IMG/VR virus record: IMGVR_UViG_3300025759_000624 | Location: 1-25,677 of that record | Length of the DNA: 25,677 nt | Source of the DNA: a virus | Lineage: Duplodnaviria; Caudoviricetes | Direction: 5' to 3' (one strand) | Part shown: positions 24,092 to 25,677 of the stretch, piece by piece | How positions within the stretch are numbered: position 1 is the first letter of the stretch | How the letters are laid out: every line of letters starts with the position of its first letter | Program-made: the position numbers and the translations under genes | The notes under the pieces: generated by a model | Databases searched by the model: none | What the model was told of the DNA's origin: nothing | What the model saw: only the letters and a program-made list of their open reading frames with translations

Positions 24092-25677
24092 ATGGCAATT
24101 GTCTTTCGCAATAATGCAACCACAGCACTTGCAAGTGATATTACAAATAGTGCTACAAGTATAACCGTCACAGATGGATCTAAACTTCCATCTATTACAG
24201 GCAGTGATTATTTTTACTGCACCCTTGATGATGGAACAAATAACGAAATAGTAAAAGTAACAGCAATAAGCGGTAATACCCTTACTGTTGTTCGTGCACA
24301 GGATAATACAACAGCAAGAGCCTTTTCAACAGGAGATCTGGCAGAGCTCAGATTAACAGCAGCTGTTTTAGAAACCTTTTCACAATTAGATGCAGGAGAA
24401 ATAACTGCTGATGAATTTATAGGAGATCTTCGTGGTGCTGTAATATTTAAGGCACAAGCGGGTGAGTCCTTGTCCAAAGGTGATGTAGTTTACGTTTCTG
24501 GTATTACTGGGAATACGCCAGTCATTTCCAAGGCAGATGCAGATGTGGCTGCAAAAATGCCAGCCTTCGGATTGGTTTTAACAACCGCATCATTGAATGC
24601 TTCTACAGAAGTAGTTACTTTTGGTACTATTTCAGGGGTTGATACCTCCGCATTTAGTCTTGGTGATACATTATATGTTTCTACAACTCCTGGTAACTTA
24701 ACAGCAACTAAGCCAGCAGGAGAATCTGCATTAATACAAAATATAGGCAAGGTTCAAAGAGTTCATGCAAGTGCTGGATCTATCAAGGTAGGTGGTGCGG
24801 GGAGAACAAATGATGTCCCCAACCTTAATGACGGAAACATATTCATAGGAAATGGATCTAATCAATCATCCACCGCATCATTAAATACAAAGGTAGAGGA
24901 ATACTTAGATGGTGGAACTTCTACTCCAACTTTCTCAACCTTAAATGTAAGTGGTAACACAACACTGACAGGTGACCTTACTGTTAACGGAACAACAACA
25001 AGTTTAAATACTAATACCCTGGACGTAGAGGACAAGAACATAACCCTGAACTATTCAACAGGAGATTCTTCAGCAAGTGCAGATGGTTCTGGTATAACTA
25101 TTCAAGATGCTGTAGATGCAAGTACAGATGCTACGATTCTTTGGGATGCTGCCAATGATCAGTTTGATTTCTCACATGGTATAACACTACCAGACAACAA
25201 AAAAGCCATATTCGGCACAGGCTCAGATTTATCTATATTCCATGATGGTGCTAATAGTTTTATTGATGATTCAGGAACAGGTAATCTTTACATTAGAGCT
25301 AATAATTTATGGCTACAAAAATATACTGGTGAAACCTTTATAAAAGGTGTAGCTGATGCAGAGGTAACTCTTTATCACAATAATCAACCCAAACTAGCTA
25401 CAACCTCAACAGGAATTGATGTTACAGGAACAGTTACTGCAGATAATGAAATAAATATAGAAAACAGTTCAGGTTATGGGCGTATAGAGATTGGTGGAAC
25501 TTCTGGAGCTTATCTTGACCTTAAAGCACCAAGCTCTGACGATTACGATGTTAGGTTAATTACCACAGGAACAAGCGGAGAACTTCTGTTTCCTTCTGGA
25601 AGTTTTGTATTTAAACGAGGCTCTCTTCAAAAACTAGCTGTGACCTCAACAGGCATAGACGTAACAGGAACAGTTAC
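24092..25677 (+). CDS. Tail fibre / large virion protein, runs off the window end (not in ORF track)
   Basis: MAIVFRNNATTALASDI...EIVKVTAISGNTLTVVRAQDNTTARAF after GAGGT RBS; G/T/S-rich; repeated KLAxTSTGIDVTGTV. Confidence 0.85.
   Translation, partial: MAIVFRNNATTALASDITNSATSITVTDGSKLPSITGSDYFYCTLDDGTNNEIVKVTAISGNTLTVVRAQDNTTARAFSTGDLAELRLTAAVLETFSQLDAGEITADEFIGDLRGAVIFKAQAGESLSKGDVVYVSGITGNTPVISKADADVAAKMPAFGLVLTTASLNASTEVVTFGTISGVDTSAFSLGDTLYVSTTPGNLTATKPAGESALIQNIGKVQRVHASAGSIKVGGAGRTNDVPNLNDGNIFIGNGSNQSSTASLNTKVEEYLDGGTSTPTFSTLNVSGNTTLTGDLTVNGTTTSLNTNTLDVEDKNITLNYSTGDSSASADGSGITIQDAVDASTDATILWDAANDQFDFSHGITLPDNKKAIFGTGSDLSIFHDGANSFIDDSGTGNLYIRANNLWLQKYTGETFIKGVADAEVTLYHNNQPKLATTSTGIDVTGTVTADNEINIENSSGYGRIEIGGTSGAYLDLKAPSSDDYDVRLITTGTSGELLFPSGSFVFKRGSLQKLAVTSTGIDVTGTV

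Noticed and set aside
19319-24415. Other CTGATGA heptamers (near 19319 and 24408) as further hammerheads
   Set aside because: They are inside coding regions and I see no stem II, GAAA, stem III, UH arrangement around them.
1655-24750. Antisense or alternate-frame track ORFs (1655, 2882, 3063, 3592, 3714, 5415, 6664, 6731, 8711, 8815, 13445, 16493, 18684, 19860, 20640, 22886, 23242, 24214, 24490)
   Set aside because: They lie within recognisable genes and lack RBSs or motifs.
1-25677. tRNA genes, attP site, reverse transcriptase or diversity-generating retroelement
   Set aside because: No cloverleaf, RT motif or template/variable repeat pair seen by eye; attP would likely lie beyond the integrase end, outside the window.

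Overview
Fragment of an AT-rich tailed dsDNA phage genome, probably temperate and resembling marine proteobacterial phages (host is inference). Left to right: (1) a leftward operon with a tyrosine integrase, PD-(D/E)xK nuclease, DUF1289-like protein, SSB-like protein, RHH-like protein, YqaJ exonuclease and ERF annealase; (2) a rightward operon with an HTH replication initiator, DnaB, a Ref-like nuclease, DUF3310 and a cluster of tiny Lys/Arg-rich proteins; (3) a leftward 'early' operon of small genes (13626 to 9611) between a near-consensus sigma70 promoter and an intrinsic terminator; (4) a rightward lysis, packaging and virion operon (TerS, TerL, portal, scaffold, capsid, head-tail and tail-fibre proteins). 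The main finding is three type I hammerhead ribozymes (minus strand: 13185-13251, 12700-12772, 12237-12290). Each lies between a stop codon and the next RBS at the first three gene junctions of the early operon. Stems II and III covary while stem I is invariant, so the transcript is predicted to self-cleave into roughly 460-485 nt single-gene RNAs that could circularise. The operon ends in an unannotated stand-alone NrdR zinc-ribbon gene, and its promoter contains an NrdR-box-like site. Several short tandem duplications, one frameshifting the integrase, look like assembly artefacts. All calls are by eye; no database searches were run.
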